From an uncultured Dehalococcoidaceae bacterium (lineage in GTDB: Bacteria; Chloroflexota; Dehalococcoidia; UBA2979), in the NCBI GenBank assembly GCA_964479165.1, contig CAYZJO010000001.1:829218-893217 (forward strand): a stretch of 64,000 bases of DNA, in the 5' to 3' direction. A program made the position numbers and the translations under genes. Below the pieces are notes generated by a model. It saw only the letters and a list, made by a program, of their open reading frames with translations. It had not been told where the DNA came from and did no database searches. How positions within the stretch are numbered: the first letter of the stretch is position 1; each line of letters starts with the position of its first letter. Below, in pieces: positions 38,730-51,910 of the stretch.

Positions 38730-40792
38730 GCGTAACCCTCGACCCGGCGCTCGTCCGCCGAGTGACCCTCGATCACGATGACGTGGGCCGGGACAGTCGA
38801 GGCATCCGCGGGATCGATGCGCACGAAGTTCCAACTGCCGCGCCACAGGTGCCGCTGCCCGTTGAGCACGTCGTGCACCACGTACGGCTCCTGCTCGTTG
38901 AGGCCCAGCTCGCCCATCGGAAGTCCCACCCAGCCCGATTGCGGATAGCGCACGTCGAGGTTTACCACGACCAGCACGTGCCCGCCGCCCGCAGGGTCGC
39001 TCTTCATGTACGCGAAGAGCTCCTCGTTCTCAAGCGGGAGGAACCAGAGGTCGTGGTTGTACTGGAGCGCGGGCAGTTCTCGGCGCAGTCGGTTGAGGGT
39101 CGAGATCGCCGGCTTGATGTTTCCAGGAGCCTCCCAATTGCGCACCTTGACCTGGTACTTGTCGGAGTCGACGTACTCCTCGGTCCCGGGATGCGCCTCG
39201 TGCTCGATCAGTTCATAGCCGCTGTAGATGCCGTAGGCGGGACCGAGCGTCGCCGCCAGCACGAGGCGCACGAGGAAGGCGGGGCGCCCACCCACCTGCA
39301 GGTACTCGTGCAGGATGTCCGGGGTGTTCGCAAAGAGATTCGCCCGCATGTAGTCGCTGACCGGCGGTTGTGACAGTTCGGTGAAGTACTCGGTCAACTC
39401 CTGCTTCGTGTTGCGCCACGTGAAGTAGGAATAGGACTGGTTGAACCCCATCTTCGCGAGCGTCGCCATCCGCTTCGGCCGCGTGAAGGCCTCGGCGAGG
39501 AAGATCGCGTCGGGACGCTCTCGCGTGATCTCGTCGATGACCCATTCCCAGAACGGGAACGGCTTCGTGTGGGGGTTGTCCACCCGGAAGATGCGTACGC
39601 CGTGATCGAGCCAAAACGTGAACACGTCGCGGAGTGCAGCCCACAGGTTCTCCCAGTCCGCACACTCGAAATCGAGCGGGTAGACGTCCTGGTACTGCTT
39701 CGGGGGGTTCTCCGCATACTTGATCGTCCCGTCGGGCCGGTGGCGGAACCAGTCCGGATGCTCGCGCACCCAGGGGTGGTCGGGCGAGCACTGGAACGCG
39801 ATGTCGAGCGCCACGTCGAGGCCGTGCTTCGCCGCCTCCGCCACGAACCAGTCGAAGTCTGCGATGGTCCCGAGGTCCGGATGGACGGCCGTGTGGCCTC
39901 CCTCTTCCGAGCCGATCGCCCACGGCGAGCCCGGGTCCTCGGGGCCGGCGTGGAGGGCGTTGTTCGGGCCCTTGCGGGCCGTGTGGCCGATGGGGTGGAC
40001 CGGCGGCAGGTAGAGGACGTCGAACCCCATCGCCGCGATGTCCGTAAGCCGTGCGGCTGCCTCGCGCAACGTCGCACCGCGCTGGGGGTCTGTTCCCGCG
40101 GAACGGGGGAACATCTCGTACCACGCACTGAATCGCGCTTTTGTCTCGTCGACCGTGAGTCGAAGCTCGCGGTGGTAACGCGAGGCTCCCAGCCGATCCG
40201 CGGAACGCGAGAGCAGTTCGCCGAACGACTCCTCGAGTGCGAAGGCGGCGCGCTCGTCCACGGGGATCTCGGCGTCCTGGATCCGGTCGGCCGCGCGCGC
40301 GAGCGCGTCTCCGTCCTCTGCGCTCGAGGGGCGCGTGCGCGTACGTAGCAGCTCGGCGCCCTCCAACAGTTCGGAGGAGACATCCCAACCTGCAGCGACG
40401 CGCTTCTCGAGGTCCTCGCGCCACGTCCCGAGCCGGTCGACCCAGGCCTCGACCGTGTACTCGTACCGGCCCGGCTCGCCGGTCAGGAACGACCCGACGT
40501 ACTCGTCGTTCTCGGTCGGCTCCATTGGCGACTCAACCCATTCGCCGGGCTCGCCAACCGGTGGGGCGGTGCGGTGCAGCAGGACGGCGCTGACCAGGTC
40601 GTGGCTGTCGCAGACGAGGTGTGCGGTGACTGTGATGCGTTCGCCCTCGGCCCGCTTGGCCGGATAGCGACCGCCGTCGACCTCGGGCAGGAGCTGAGCC
40701 ACCACCACCCGAGGTGGCGGCGGGCTCTTCGCCTTGCGTCGTCTGCCTGTGGATGCAGCACGCGCGGCTCGTCGCTCTCTGGGCGCAGTCAT
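38726..40792 (-). CDS. glgE: alpha-1,4-glucan:maltose-1-phosphate maltosyltransferase
   Basis: GAGGAGG RBS. Conserved GlgE blocks ([21 protein letters not shown]). Confidence 0.95.
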   Translation of the reverse strand: MTAPRERRAARAASTGRRRKAKSPPPPRVVVAQLLPEVDGGRYPAKRAEGERITVTAHLVCDSHDLVSAVLLHRTAPPVGEPGEWVESPMEPTENDEYVGSFLTGEPGRYEYTVEAWVDRLGTWREDLEKRVAAGWDVSSELLEGAELLRTRTRPSSAEDGDALARAADRIQDAEIPVDERAAFALEESFGELLSRSADRLGASRYHRELRLTVDETKARFSAWYEMFPRSAGTDPQRGATLREAAARLTDIAAMGFDVLYLPPVHPIGHTARKGPNNALHAGPEDPGSPWAIGSEEGGHTAVHPDLGTIADFDWFVAEAAKHGLDVALDIAFQCSPDHPWVREHPDWFRHRPDGTIKYAENPPKQYQDVYPLDFECADWENLWAALRDVFTFWLDHGVRIFRVDNPHTKPFPFWEWVIDEITRERPDAIFLAEAFTRPKRMATLAKMGFNQSYSYFTWRNTKQELTEYFTELSQPPVSDYMRANLFANTPDILHEYLQVGGRPAFLVRLVLAATLGPAYGIYSGYELIEHEAHPGTEEYVDSDKYQVKVRNWEAPGNIKPAISTLNRLRRELPALQYNHDLWFLPLENEELFAYMKSDPAGGGHVLVVVNLDVRYPQSGWVGLPMGELGLNEQEPYVVHDVLNGQRHLWRGSWNFVRIDPADASTVPAHVIVIEGHSADERRVEGYA

Positions 40793-40818
40793 GCCTCCTC
40801 GCCTCGCTCTCCAGCCGA

Positions 40819-42933
<2,115 letters not shown>

Positions 42934-43042
42934 ACCCCCGCGTCGTGTGAGGATGGTCGACTCCCTTCGCGCGAGACGTTCTACTGCTCACGATAGCGGC
43001 GAGGGGAATGCGCAAGAAAGAGGACGAACGCCGCGCTACATC

Positions 43043-43336
43043 TCAGCGCCGTCGCGTTCCCGTACGGTCCCGCGATCCACCGAAGAGGGCGCGCGGGCCG
43101 CGCAGCGGGCTTGCTGCCTCCTCGTCCTCGTCGCCGAGGCCGCTGAGCGATTCGACGATCAGCGTCAGCACGATCTGGATGACCAGCGGCCCCGCGACCA
43201 CGAGGACGGCGCCCACGAGGACTTCCCAGTACCAGGCGTAGTCCACGCGCATCGCGAGCACGGTGTAGAGCACGCCGCTTCCGAAGGGCAGCGCGTTCTG
43301 GATGTAGTACGCCAGGAAGCGACGCATGGGAGACAT
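43043..43336 (-). CDS. small hypothetical membrane protein (2 TM)
   Basis: Two hydrophobic helices (VLYTVLAM..., LVGAVLVVAGPLVIQIVLTLIV) and an acidic tail. Sits in a 500-bp gap. Confidence 0.35.
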   Translation of the reverse strand: MSPMRRFLAYYIQNALPFGSGVLYTVLAMRVDYAWYWEVLVGAVLVVAGPLVIQIVLTLIVESLSGLGDEDEEAASPLRGPRALFGGSRDRTGTRRR

Positions 43337-43433
43337 CGGCGTACCCCTGGGAACGCCCGCCGCCGTCTACGTTACACGCGCGCGGCGCCGCTGGGCCAGA
43401 CGGTACGCCGGCGCCCCCGATGCCTCGGCCCCA

Positions 43434-44372
43434 TCACTGGCCGGTCTGACGACGGAACCACTCCACGGTTTCGGCCAGGCCGTCCGCCAACGCGACCCGT
43501 GGTTCCCAGCCCCAGACACGCTTCGCCCTTGTCGAGTCGAGCGCGATCTGGGGGATGTCACCCGGACGCTCGGCAGCGTAGACGGGAGGCCGTTCGTAGC
43601 CCGCTGCCACGGCCGTGAGGTCGAAGATCTGCTGCGTACTCGTGCCGACTCCCGTGCCGACGAGGCACGTGTCGGGCTGCTGCGAGGCGGCGAGCGTGGC
43701 GGCTTCCACCACGTCTGCGACATAGACATAATCGCGCAATTGCGAGCCGTCTCCGAAGATCGTCACCGGATCACCCTTGAGCATCCGTCCCGCAAAGATG
43801 GCGATGACACCCGCCTCGCCGTGCGGGTCCTGTGCCGGTCCGTACACGTTTCCGGGACGCACCACGGAGACCTCGAGGTCCGTGGGCGCGGCGATCAGCG
43901 CGAGGTAGCGCTCCGCTGCGAGCTTCGAGGCGCCATACACCGATAGGGGCTCCGGCACTCGCGATTCGTCGACGGGGATGACCTCCGGGGCTCCGTACAG
44001 CGCGCCGCCGGTCGAGAAGAACACGAAGCGCCGCGTGCCCGCCTCGATCGCGGCCCGCGCGAGATGCACGGTCCCGGTGATGTTCGCCTCAATATCGAGA
44101 ACGGGGTCGCGCATCGAGACGGAGACCGAGGCCTGCGCCGCGAGGTGATAGACCACATCCGGCCTGACCTCGGCGATCACGCGCGAGACGGACGCCGCAT
44201 CGCGGATGTCGACCTCGTAGTGGCGGATCGCGCCACGCAGCGCGCGACGCGGCGGCACGATGTCGAGCCCCGCGACCTCGACGCCCTGCTCCGCGAGGCG
44301 CTCGGCGAGGTGTCCCCCGATGAACCCCGAGGCGCCGGTCACGAGTGCCGTTCCGTGCGCGGCAGATGTCAT
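43434..44372 (-). CDS. NAD-dependent epimerase/dehydratase (SDR, UDP-hexose 4-epimerase-like)
   Basis: TGASGFIGGHL Rossmann motif; YGASK catalytic YxxxK. Confidence 0.85.
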   Translation of the reverse strand: MTSAAHGTALVTGASGFIGGHLAERLAEQGVEVAGLDIVPPRRALRGAIRHYEVDIRDAASVSRVIAEVRPDVVYHLAAQASVSVSMRDPVLDIEANITGTVHLARAAIEAGTRRFVFFSTGGALYGAPEVIPVDESRVPEPLSVYGASKLAAERYLALIAAPTDLEVSVVRPGNVYGPAQDPHGEAGVIAIFAGRMLKGDPVTIFGDGSQLRDYVYVADVVEAATLAASQQPDTCLVGTGVGTSTQQIFDLTAVAAGYERPPVYAAERPGDIPQIALDSTRAKRVWGWEPRVALADGLAETVEWFRRQTGQ

Positions 44373-44513
44373 ATGACAGACTCCGTCCTGACTATCCGTG
44401 CTTCCATCGACCTCTCGTCGACCTCGCGCTCAGAAATGAACCGTGGCAGCAAGGACGGTCGACACAGCGGACGACTCGAACCAGGGCCCGCGCCACCGGT
44501 GCGGCGGTAAAGA

Positions 44514-45077
44514 TCAGCCCTGGTACGAGAAGTAGTGTGGCAGGTCCGCGAGGAGCGGCTGGCGCGTGTCCTTCTCGGACAGCACCGCCTCCGAATCGCT
44601 TACGGGCCATTCGATCCCCAGCGCCGGGTCGTTCCAGCGGACGCCGAAGTCGTGGTCCGGTGCGTAGTAGCTCGTCGTCTTGTAGAAGACCTCGGTGTCC
44701 GGAACGGTAGTGCAGAGGCCGTGGGCGAAACCGGCTGGGATCAGGAGTTGCGTCCAGTCCTCGGCGCGGAGCGTCACCTTGACGTGCTTCCCGAATGTCG
44801 GCGACCCGTGTCTCAGGTCGAGCGCCACATCGACGATCTCGCCCTTCAGCACGCGGACCAGCTTCGCGCCCTCGTGCGGCGGCGACTGGAAGTGCAGGCC
44901 GCGGATCGTGCCTCGTTCCGTCGACAGGAGGTGGTTGTCCTGGACGAAATCGAGTTCGACACCGGCCTCGGCGAGCGCGCGGCGATTGTAGACCTCTGAG
45001 AAGAAGCCTCGATGGTCACCGAACTTCTTCGGGGTGATGAGCTTGACTTCGGGGATCTCGAGATCGACGACCTGCAC
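44514..45077 (-). CDS. rmlC: dTDP-4-dehydrorhamnose 3,5-epimerase
   Basis: FGDHRGFFSE...RGLHFQ cupin motifs of RmlC. Confidence 0.9.
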   Translation of the reverse strand: MQVVDLEIPEVKLITPKKFGDHRGFFSEVYNRRALAEAGVELDFVQDNHLLSTERGTIRGLHFQSPPHEGAKLVRVLKGEIVDVALDLRHGSPTFGKHVKVTLRAEDWTQLLIPAGFAHGLCTTVPDTEVFYKTTSYYAPDHDFGVRWNDPALGIEWPVSDSEAVLSEKDTRQPLLADLPHYFSYQG

Positions 45078-45198
45078 GCGCTTTCGCTTTCGGTCTATGC
45101 AACGGCGTCCGTTGCGGCCTGCTTACCCGAACGACGCTACGGGGCGTCGCGTTGCGGCGCGGTAAGAGGAATAGCGTGACGAGGCAGAGGGCCTACGG

Positions 45199-46647
45199 TC
45201 AGCCGCCGAGCCCGCGCTCCTCATCCGGCCGGGCTCGAATCGGCGTTCGCGTGTCCGCGCGTGCCTGGAGCGACGGCGGAGGCGTGGGCGCGGCGTCGCT
45301 GCGGACGCCGTAGCCGTAGCCGCTGTGCCGGCCGTCACCGGTGGCGCGGTTGAGTACCACGCCCACGATCGGCTTCCCGGACGTCGCCAGCTGCTCGATC
45401 GTCGCCCGCAGGTCACCCGTCCGAGTCTTGCCGGGCCGAACGACGACCACGAGCGCGTCCACCATCGGGGCGAGCGCCGAGGAGTCCGTGATGCCGAGGG
45501 TCGGAGGCGTGTCGAGCAGGACGAGGTCGAACTGGTCGCGCAGCTCGCTCAGCACCTCGCGCATCCGGCCCGAGCCGAGCAGTTCCGAGGGGTTCGCAGG
45601 AATCGGTCCCGAGGGGATCAGCGATACGTTTGGGTGAGCGGTGCGCTGCACCGCGCGAGCGAGCGAGGCCTCGGGAGCCAGCAGGAGGCTGGTCAGCCCC
45701 TCGCTGTTGTCGATCGAGAAGACACGGTGCAGCGTCGGCCGGCGCAGATCGGCGTCGATCAGGACGACGCGGTACCCCGCAAGTCCGAAGACGACGGCCA
45801 GGTTCGAAGCCGTGGTGCTCTTGCCCTCGTTGCGCTGCGTGCTCGTGAAGAGCACGAGGCGCAGCCCGTCGTCACCCTGCGTGTGCCGCGCGAGCATGTT
45901 GGCGAGGTTCGTGCGCGCGGCGCGGTACGACTCGGCCACGGCCGATTGAGGTCTGATCGCGGCCTGCAGCTGGTCGCCGGGCGCGTGCACCCCTCCGAAG
46001 CTCTCGACCCGGCCGATCGTCGGCAGTCCGGTCAGCTCCAGGATGTCCTGCGGCGCCTTCACCGTATCGTCGAGGTACTCGAACACCACCACCAGCACGG
46101 CGCACGCGATCAGCGCCAGTGCGCCACCGAGCATCGCGTTCAGCGACTTGTTGGGAGAGATCGGCGCTCCAGGCGTGGTTGCCGGTTCGAGGATGTTGAC
46201 GACGCCGGCGCTGGCGGTCAGCAGCGCCTCGTCTGAGCTGATGAACGCCTCGGAGACCGTGTTGGCCATGTCGCGCGCGAGCACCGGGTCGTGTGCCAGC
46301 GCCGTCACCTCGAGCAACGAGGTGGCGGGAGGGTTGGCGATGCGCAGGCTGCCGCGCAGTTCGCCGACCGAGACGTCGAGTCCGCCCTGCTGGATCGCCC
46401 GCTCGAGGACGGGCCGGACCGTGATCATGCGGCTGAACGTGTTCGCGAGCAGCGCACTCGTCTCCAGGTCGTTGCGCACGACCACGCCCGGTGTCTGCTG
46501 CTGCACGACGAGTAGCGTGCTGGTAGCCGAGTAGGTCGGCGTGATCTGCGAGGAGGCGAGATAGGCGACCGCGGCGCCGATCACGGTGCTGGCGATGAAG
46601 AGCCACCACCAACGTCGAAGGATGCGGAGGTACTGCGTGACGTCCAT
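45199..46647 (-). CDS. polysaccharide co-polymerase / BY-kinase (Wzc/CapAB-like chain-length determinant with tyrosine autokinase domain)
   Basis: N-terminal Wzz-like region with 2 TM. Walker A (SQRNEGKST), Walker B (VVLIDADLRRP) and a C-terminal tyrosine cluster (HSGYGYG). Confidence 0.85.
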   Translation of the reverse strand: MDVTQYLRILRRWWWLFIASTVIGAAVAYLASSQITPTYSATSTLLVVQQQTPGVVVRNDLETSALLANTFSRMITVRPVLERAIQQGGLDVSVGELRGSLRIANPPATSLLEVTALAHDPVLARDMANTVSEAFISSDEALLTASAGVVNILEPATTPGAPISPNKSLNAMLGGALALIACAVLVVVFEYLDDTVKAPQDILELTGLPTIGRVESFGGVHAPGDQLQAAIRPQSAVAESYRAARTNLANMLARHTQGDDGLRLVLFTSTQRNEGKSTTASNLAVVFGLAGYRVVLIDADLRRPTLHRVFSIDNSEGLTSLLLAPEASLARAVQRTAHPNVSLIPSGPIPANPSELLGSGRMREVLSELRDQFDLVLLDTPPTLGITDSSALAPMVDALVVVVRPGKTRTGDLRATIEQLATSGKPIVGVVLNRATGDGRHSGYGYGVRSDAAPTPPPSLQARADTRTPIRARPDEERGLGG

Positions 46648-46762
46648 GTGTGGGGGTGGCCCTCAGTGCCCGCGGGTGGGCGCGGTTTCCACGCGTAGCG
46701 ACTAGTGGATCGAGAGTAAGGCGGTGGACCCGCCACTGCTACTGGCGAATCTGCCGTTGGGG

Positions 46763-47710
46763 TCAGGCCATCCAGTCTCCTGCCGCGACACCGGTCGCTC
46801 GCCGCGTCTGCAGGAAATCGGCTGGTCCGTCGTAACCTGCGCGGCTCCTCGCGAGCAGGTCGAGCAGGTAGCGCCCGTACGCTGAATTGGCGATGCGCGT
46901 CGCCTGCCGCTCGAGTTCGCTGTCGTCGAGGTAGCCGAGCCGCCAGGCGATCTCCTCGGGGCAGGCCACCTTCATCCCCTGCTGCAACTCGACGTTCTGG
47001 ATGAAGTTCGCGGCCTGCAGCAGCGAGTCCGGCGTACCGGCGTCGATCCAGGCCGTCCCACGCCCGAGCTGTTCGACGCGCAGGTCGCCTCGCTCGAGGT
47101 ATGCCCGGTTCACGTCGGTGATCTCGAGTTCGCCTCGCGGCGATGGCCGCAGCGACTTCGTGATGTCGACCACGGTGTTGTCGTAGAAGTAGAGGCCGAC
47201 CACGGCGAAGTTCGAGCGCGGCTCGCGTGGCTTCTCCTCGATGTCCACCACCGAGCCGTCACGCGCGAGGGTGACGATGCCGAAGCGCTCCGGGTCCTGG
47301 ACGTGGTGCGCGAAGATGAGGGCCCCGTCCGTCAGCTCGGCGGCGCGCTGGAGCCGCTCGCTCAGCCCGTAGGCGAAGAAGATGTTGTCGCCGAGGATGA
47401 GACAGACGGGCTCACCGTCGATGAACTCTTCTCCGATGAGGAACGCCTGCGGGAGCCCACCGGGGTCCGGCTGCGTCGCGTACTCAAGGTGGAGCCCCCA
47501 CTGCGAGCCGTCTCCGAGCAGGCGGCGGAAGGGCAGGTTGTCCTCGGGCGTGGTGATCACGAGGATGTCGCGGATCCCCGCCAGCATCACCGTGGTGAGC
47601 GGGTAGTAGACGAGGGGCTTGTCGTAGACGGGCAGCAGTTGCTTGCTGACCGGCCGGGTCATCGGATGCAGCCGCGTGCCGGTGCCGCCCGCGAGCAGGA
47701 TCGCTTTCAT
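46763..47710 (-). CDS. rmlA: glucose-1-phosphate thymidylyltransferase
   Basis: [18 protein letters not shown]...[10 protein letters not shown] canonical RmlA N-terminus. Confidence 0.9.
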   Translation of the reverse strand: MKAILLAGGTGTRLHPMTRPVSKQLLPVYDKPLVYYPLTTVMLAGIRDILVITTPEDNLPFRRLLGDGSQWGLHLEYATQPDPGGLPQAFLIGEEFIDGEPVCLILGDNIFFAYGLSERLQRAAELTDGALIFAHHVQDPERFGIVTLARDGSVVDIEEKPREPRSNFAVVGLYFYDNTVVDITKSLRPSPRGELEITDVNRAYLERGDLRVEQLGRGTAWIDAGTPDSLLQAANFIQNVELQQGMKVACPEEIAWRLGYLDDSELERQATRIANSAYGRYLLDLLARSRAGYDGPADFLQTRRATGVAAGDWMA

Positions 47711-47782
47711 ATCAGCCTGTCGCCTCAGCCTCGCTCATGATCAACGCTCGGGGCGTGGACGGCGTTGAGCGCCGCCCGCCGG

Positions 47783-48811
47783 TTACTCGACCGCCAGGAT
47801 GCCGCCGTACATCTCGATGGCCTTGATCCGCTCGTGCCAGGCGAGCAGGTTCTTGTACCAGTCGATCGTGATGGTGTCGGTGGTCTTATCGACGAGGCCG
47901 GCATCGAGCGCCTCGCAGATCTCGCGCACGCCGTCCTCGGCCGTGCGCTGCGCGCAGTACCCCAGCGACTCGATCTTGTCGAAGGCCACGCGGTACGAGC
48001 GGTGGTCCGGGTCGCCGTACCACTCGATGGAGACGTCGCGCGGGACGGTTGCGGCCACGATCTCGGCGAGCGGGCCGAGGCGGTAGTTGTTGGTCTCGGA
48101 GCCCACGTTGAAGATCTCGCCGTTGACGCGCTCCTCGGGAGCGGTCAGCAGGAAGATCATCGCCGCGGAGGTGTCCTTCACGTGCACCATCGGCCGCCAC
48201 TGCGTGCCGTCGCGCATCAACGGCAGCACGCCAGTGGCCCAGGCGCCGTAGGTCATCCCGTTGATCGCGAGGTCGAAGCGCATGCGCTTCGAGTAGCCGT
48301 AGACGGTGGCCTGCCGGATGACGGTGACGCAGAAGTCATCGTCCGCCAGCGGGAGTACGTCCTGCTCGGCGCGCTCGTTCGCCTTCGCGTAGGTGGTCAG
48401 CGGGTTCGTCTCGCTCGTCTCGTCCACGATGACCGACGGGTCCTGGAAGCCGTAGATGCTGCAGGACGAGGGGAGGATGTAGCGGTTGACCCCTGCCGCC
48501 TTCGCGAGCTGCGCCGTCCGGGCGCGCGCCAGGTGGTTGATCTGCCAGGTGAACTCCGGGTTCAGCTCACCGCTGGCGTCGTTGGACAGCGCGGCGAGGT
48601 CGATCACGGCGTCCACGTCGGTGAGCAGGTCCGGTGTGATGCGGCGCGTGTCCTCGCGGACGACCTGGAGGCGCTCGTCGTCCTGAGGGAGTCGGTCGTC
48701 TCCGAAGAAGAACCGGTCCACGGCGCGGACGTGGTAGCCGGCATCGAGCAGCATCGGGACGAGCGTGCTCCCGATGTAACCGCCTGCACCGGTCACGAAG
48801 ATGCGCTTCAT
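47783..48811 (-). CDS. NAD-dependent epimerase/dehydratase family protein (SDR)
   Basis: VTGAGGYIGS Rossmann motif. Central SSCSIYG; the Tyr/Lys region is atypical (TYAKAN). Confidence 0.8.
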   Translation of the reverse strand: MKRIFVTGAGGYIGSTLVPMLLDAGYHVRAVDRFFFGDDRLPQDDERLQVVREDTRRITPDLLTDVDAVIDLAALSNDASGELNPEFTWQINHLARARTAQLAKAAGVNRYILPSSCSIYGFQDPSVIVDETSETNPLTTYAKANERAEQDVLPLADDDFCVTVIRQATVYGYSKRMRFDLAINGMTYGAWATGVLPLMRDGTQWRPMVHVKDTSAAMIFLLTAPEERVNGEIFNVGSETNNYRLGPLAEIVAATVPRDVSIEWYGDPDHRSYRVAFDKIESLGYCAQRTAEDGVREICEALDAGLVDKTTDTITIDWYKNLLAWHERIKAIEMYGGILAVE

Positions 48812-49153
48812 GTTGCGGGGACCTTCCTCGGTGTTCGCGTCCGTGCACCCTCGAGGACATCGGAGGGGCGGCCGTTGGGGTGATGAAAGAATGCCGCGAG
48901 CGCCGTAAACGCATCATACGGACTCCGTAGAGAAGGATTCCGCGGATTCCCCGTGCGATGCGAACGAAACGCGTGAGAAAGGCGTTAAGAATCCGACTGA
49001 AACTTGCTTACCCAGTTGTCGGGTATCGGGGCCGATGGCATCCTCTCTGCGTCGCGCCCCACGACGCCAGGCTCCTGGGCGGTGTGGAACGACTCCGGGC
49101 GGGACTGTTTCACTACTTCATCCAAGACTCCTACGGAACGCTAACGGCGGATC
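48812..49153. promoter_or_regulatory. AT-richer divergent intergenic region, presumably carrying promoters for both flanking polysaccharide operons
   Basis: A 340-bp non-coding gap of visibly lower GC between divergently oriented genes. Confidence 0.3.
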
Positions 49154-49909
49154 GTGGACGTTGGATGCATGCAGTCCACAGACTCTGAGCTGACCAGAAG
49201 GGCGACGATGGCGACGCATTCCGAGGCGGTGACGGAGACGCAGGCGAGCGCGCCCACGCTGCTCGTCTCGCACGCCCGGACGCCCCACTTCGGCTACCAC
49301 TTCGGAAAGCGCGCGCTCGACATCGCCGCGGCGGCGGTGCTGCTGATCGTGATTTCGCCGGTGTTCCTGGGAATCGCGCTCCTCGTGAAGCTGACGTCAC
49401 CGGGGCCCGTGTTCTTCCGCCAAGAGCGCTACGGTCTCGGCGGGAAACCCTTCAGAATGCTGAAGTTCCGCACCATGGTCGCAAACGCGGAGCAGCAGGC
49501 GGAGGTGATGCGGCTGCGAGCGTTGAACGGCGAGATCGCCGCCGTCGATGCGCCCGCCTTCAAGTCCGCCGACGATCCTCGAGTGACGCCGCTCGGGCGC
49601 TGGCTCCGGCGCTTCAGCCTCGACGAGATCCCGCAGTTCGTGAACGTCCTCAAGGGGGAGATGACCCTGGTGGGGCCGCGGCCCCTGGTCGCCGCCGAGG
49701 CGCTCATCGTTCCCGCGGAGGCTCGCGTGCGACACTCGGTGAAGCCCGGCCTGACCTGCATCTGGCAGACCTCCGGGCGGAGTCGCGTCTCCTACCAGGA
49801 GCGGATGAAGATGGATGTCGAGTACGTGCAGCGGCGCTCGCTCTGGCTCGACATCGTGCTCCTCCTGAAGACGCCGCTCGCGGCCATCCGGGGCGACGGA
49901 GCGTTCTAA
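49154..49909 (+). CDS. small monotopic polyprenyl-phosphate glycosyl-1-phosphate transferase (bacterial sugar transferase; PglC/WecP-like initiating enzyme)
   Basis: Single N-terminal TM; KRALDIAAAAVLLIV...PVFFRQERYG...MLKFRTM...DEIPQ conserved sugar-transferase blocks. An alternative start is at 49208. Confidence 0.85.
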   Translation: MDVGCMQSTDSELTRRATMATHSEAVTETQASAPTLLVSHARTPHFGYHFGKRALDIAAAAVLLIVISPVFLGIALLVKLTSPGPVFFRQERYGLGGKPFRMLKFRTMVANAEQQAEVMRLRALNGEIAAVDAPAFKSADDPRVTPLGRWLRRFSLDEIPQFVNVLKGEMTLVGPRPLVAAEALIVPAEARVRHSVKPGLTCIWQTSGRSRVSYQERMKMDVEYVQRRSLWLDIVLLLKTPLAAIRGDGAF

Positions 49910-50000
49910 GGCTTGTGGGTTCGTGCCTCGAGCGGGACCTCGTCGGTCCTGCGGGCAACTGTCATCCTTGAGGCGCGGCAGGCACGGCAGGGTGTGAGTC

Positions 50001-51896
50001 ATGTGCGGGATCGTTGGCCTGGTCGGGGAATCCTCGCACTCCCTCGATCTCGACGCCGTCGTGCGGGCGATGAACCAGACCCTCACGCACCGCGGTCCCG
50101 ACGAGGAAGGCCTCGCCGTCTTCCCGACGGCCGCGGTCGCCATGAGGCGCCTCAGTATCGTGGACCTGTCCGGCGGCCAGCAGCCGATGTGGGACGAGAG
50201 CCGCGAGCTCTGCATTGTGTTCAACGGCGAAATCTACGACCACACTGCCCTGCGCGAGGAGCTCGTGGCGCTGGGCCACCGCTTCTTGAGCGACCACAGC
50301 GACACCGAGGTGCTGATCCACGGCTACGAGGAGTGGGGTTCCGCCCTGTTCCCCCGGCTGAATGGCATGTTCGCGATCGCGATCTGGGACCTGAGGCGGA
50401 ACGAGCTCGTCGTCGCGCGCGACCGTTTCGGCAAGAAGCCGCTCTACATCGCAAAGGTCGGCGGTGGCTACGCGATCGCCTCCGAGCTGAAGGCGTTCTT
50501 CGCGCACCCGGGCTTCGAGGCGGAGCTGGACCCGGTCGCGCTCGACCAGTACCTCGCGTTCGACTACGTCGTCACGCCCCGGACGATGCTACGCGACGTC
50601 CAGCAGCTGCCGGCGGGGCATTGGGGCACGATCACACCTGACGGCGTGCGCACTCACCGCTACTGGACGCTGACGTTCGGCCGGACCGGCGCGAGCGAGG
50701 ACGAACTCCTCGAGGAACTCGACCGGCGGCTCGATGCGGCCGTTCAGCGCCGGATGGTGGCGGATGTGCCGCTCGGCGTCTTTCTCAGCGGCGGCCTCGA
50801 CTCGACCACCGTGACGCACTACATGCGCCGCCATTCGCACGACGTCCACTCGTTCTCCATCGCCTACGACGACCCGCGCATCGACGAGTCCCAGTACGCG
50901 GCGCTCGCATCACAGCACCTCGGAACCACGCACCACGTCGAGACGGTAACGTTCGATCAGATCGAGGGCGTGGTGGAGCGGATGCCCTCGCTGCTCGACA
51001 CGCCGATGGGTGACCCGTCCTTTATCCCCACGTACTTGCTGAGCGAGTTCACCCGGCGACACGTCACGGTCGCCCTCGGTGGCGATGCGAGCGACGAGTT
51101 CCTCATGGGGTACAACCTCTATCGCTCCCTGCGGAAGCTGTGGACGGCGGACTACGCGCCAACCTTGGCCCGCCCGGGAATCGCGCGGCTCGCCGCGCAG
51201 ATCAATGGCCGCGGAGGCCCGTTCTCCGGGGGCGCGCGTCTGCTCGCTCGGGAACTCGTCCACTCGCCGGAACGTCGCGTCCTCCGGATGCTCGGGGCAT
51301 TCGAGGGGGACGGTCGCGATGCGCTTGCCCCCGCGGTTCGCGCCGCGCTGCCTGCCTCACCGTTCGACACCGGCGTCGAGGCGCACGTGGGCACGTTCGA
51401 GGGCCCACGCACCGGAGCCAACCGGACGATCGCTGCGTACGTGCAGGGCTACCTGATCGAGGACATGCTCGTGAAGGTGGACCGCGCAAGCATGGCGGCG
51501 TCGCTCGAGGTGCGCACGCCCTTCCTCGATCCCGACGTCGTCGAGCTGATGTGCCGGCTGCCGGTCTCGATGAAGCTGCGCGGCCCTGGCGGCAAGTACC
51601 TCCTGCGGCGGCTGATGCGAGGCCGTATCCCCGATGCCGTCATCGACCGCGAGAAGCAGGGTTTCAGCGCGCCACTCGGGGAGTGGCTGCGCGGCCCGCT
51701 GGCTCACCTCGTGCGTGACGCGCTCGCGCCGAGCCGGCTCTCGGCGGCCGGGCTGCTTGACTCCACCCATGTTGCCCGACTCACGGAGGAGCACCTCTCC
51801 GGCGAGCGCGATCACGCCCGGCGGTTGTGGCTGCTCCTCCAGTTCGAGCTGTGGCGCGAGCGGTGGCTCGCTGCGCGAACGGCGGCAGCGGCGTGA
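50001..51896 (+). CDS. asnB: asparagine synthase (glutamine-hydrolysing)
   Basis: N-terminal MCGI nucleophile; SGGLDSTTV PP-loop. Confidence 0.9.
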   Translation: MCGIVGLVGESSHSLDLDAVVRAMNQTLTHRGPDEEGLAVFPTAAVAMRRLSIVDLSGGQQPMWDESRELCIVFNGEIYDHTALREELVALGHRFLSDHSDTEVLIHGYEEWGSALFPRLNGMFAIAIWDLRRNELVVARDRFGKKPLYIAKVGGGYAIASELKAFFAHPGFEAELDPVALDQYLAFDYVVTPRTMLRDVQQLPAGHWGTITPDGVRTHRYWTLTFGRTGASEDELLEELDRRLDAAVQRRMVADVPLGVFLSGGLDSTTVTHYMRRHSHDVHSFSIAYDDPRIDESQYAALASQHLGTTHHVETVTFDQIEGVVERMPSLLDTPMGDPSFIPTYLLSEFTRRHVTVALGGDASDEFLMGYNLYRSLRKLWTADYAPTLARPGIARLAAQINGRGGPFSGGARLLARELVHSPERRVLRMLGAFEGDGRDALAPAVRAALPASPFDTGVEAHVGTFEGPRTGANRTIAAYVQGYLIEDMLVKVDRASMAASLEVRTPFLDPDVVELMCRLPVSMKLRGPGGKYLLRRLMRGRIPDAVIDREKQGFSAPLGEWLRGPLAHLVRDALAPSRLSAAGLLDSTHVARLTEEHLSGERDHARRLWLLLQFELWRERWLAARTAAAA

Positions 51897-51910
51897 CGGC
51901 CAGCGAGGGC

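Noticed and set aside
35448-38735. Two long + strand ORFs (497 and 570 aa)
   Set aside because: Antisense to the treS-pep2 fusion gene.
47765-48883. 372-aa + strand ORF
   Set aside because: Antisense to the SDR epimerase gene.
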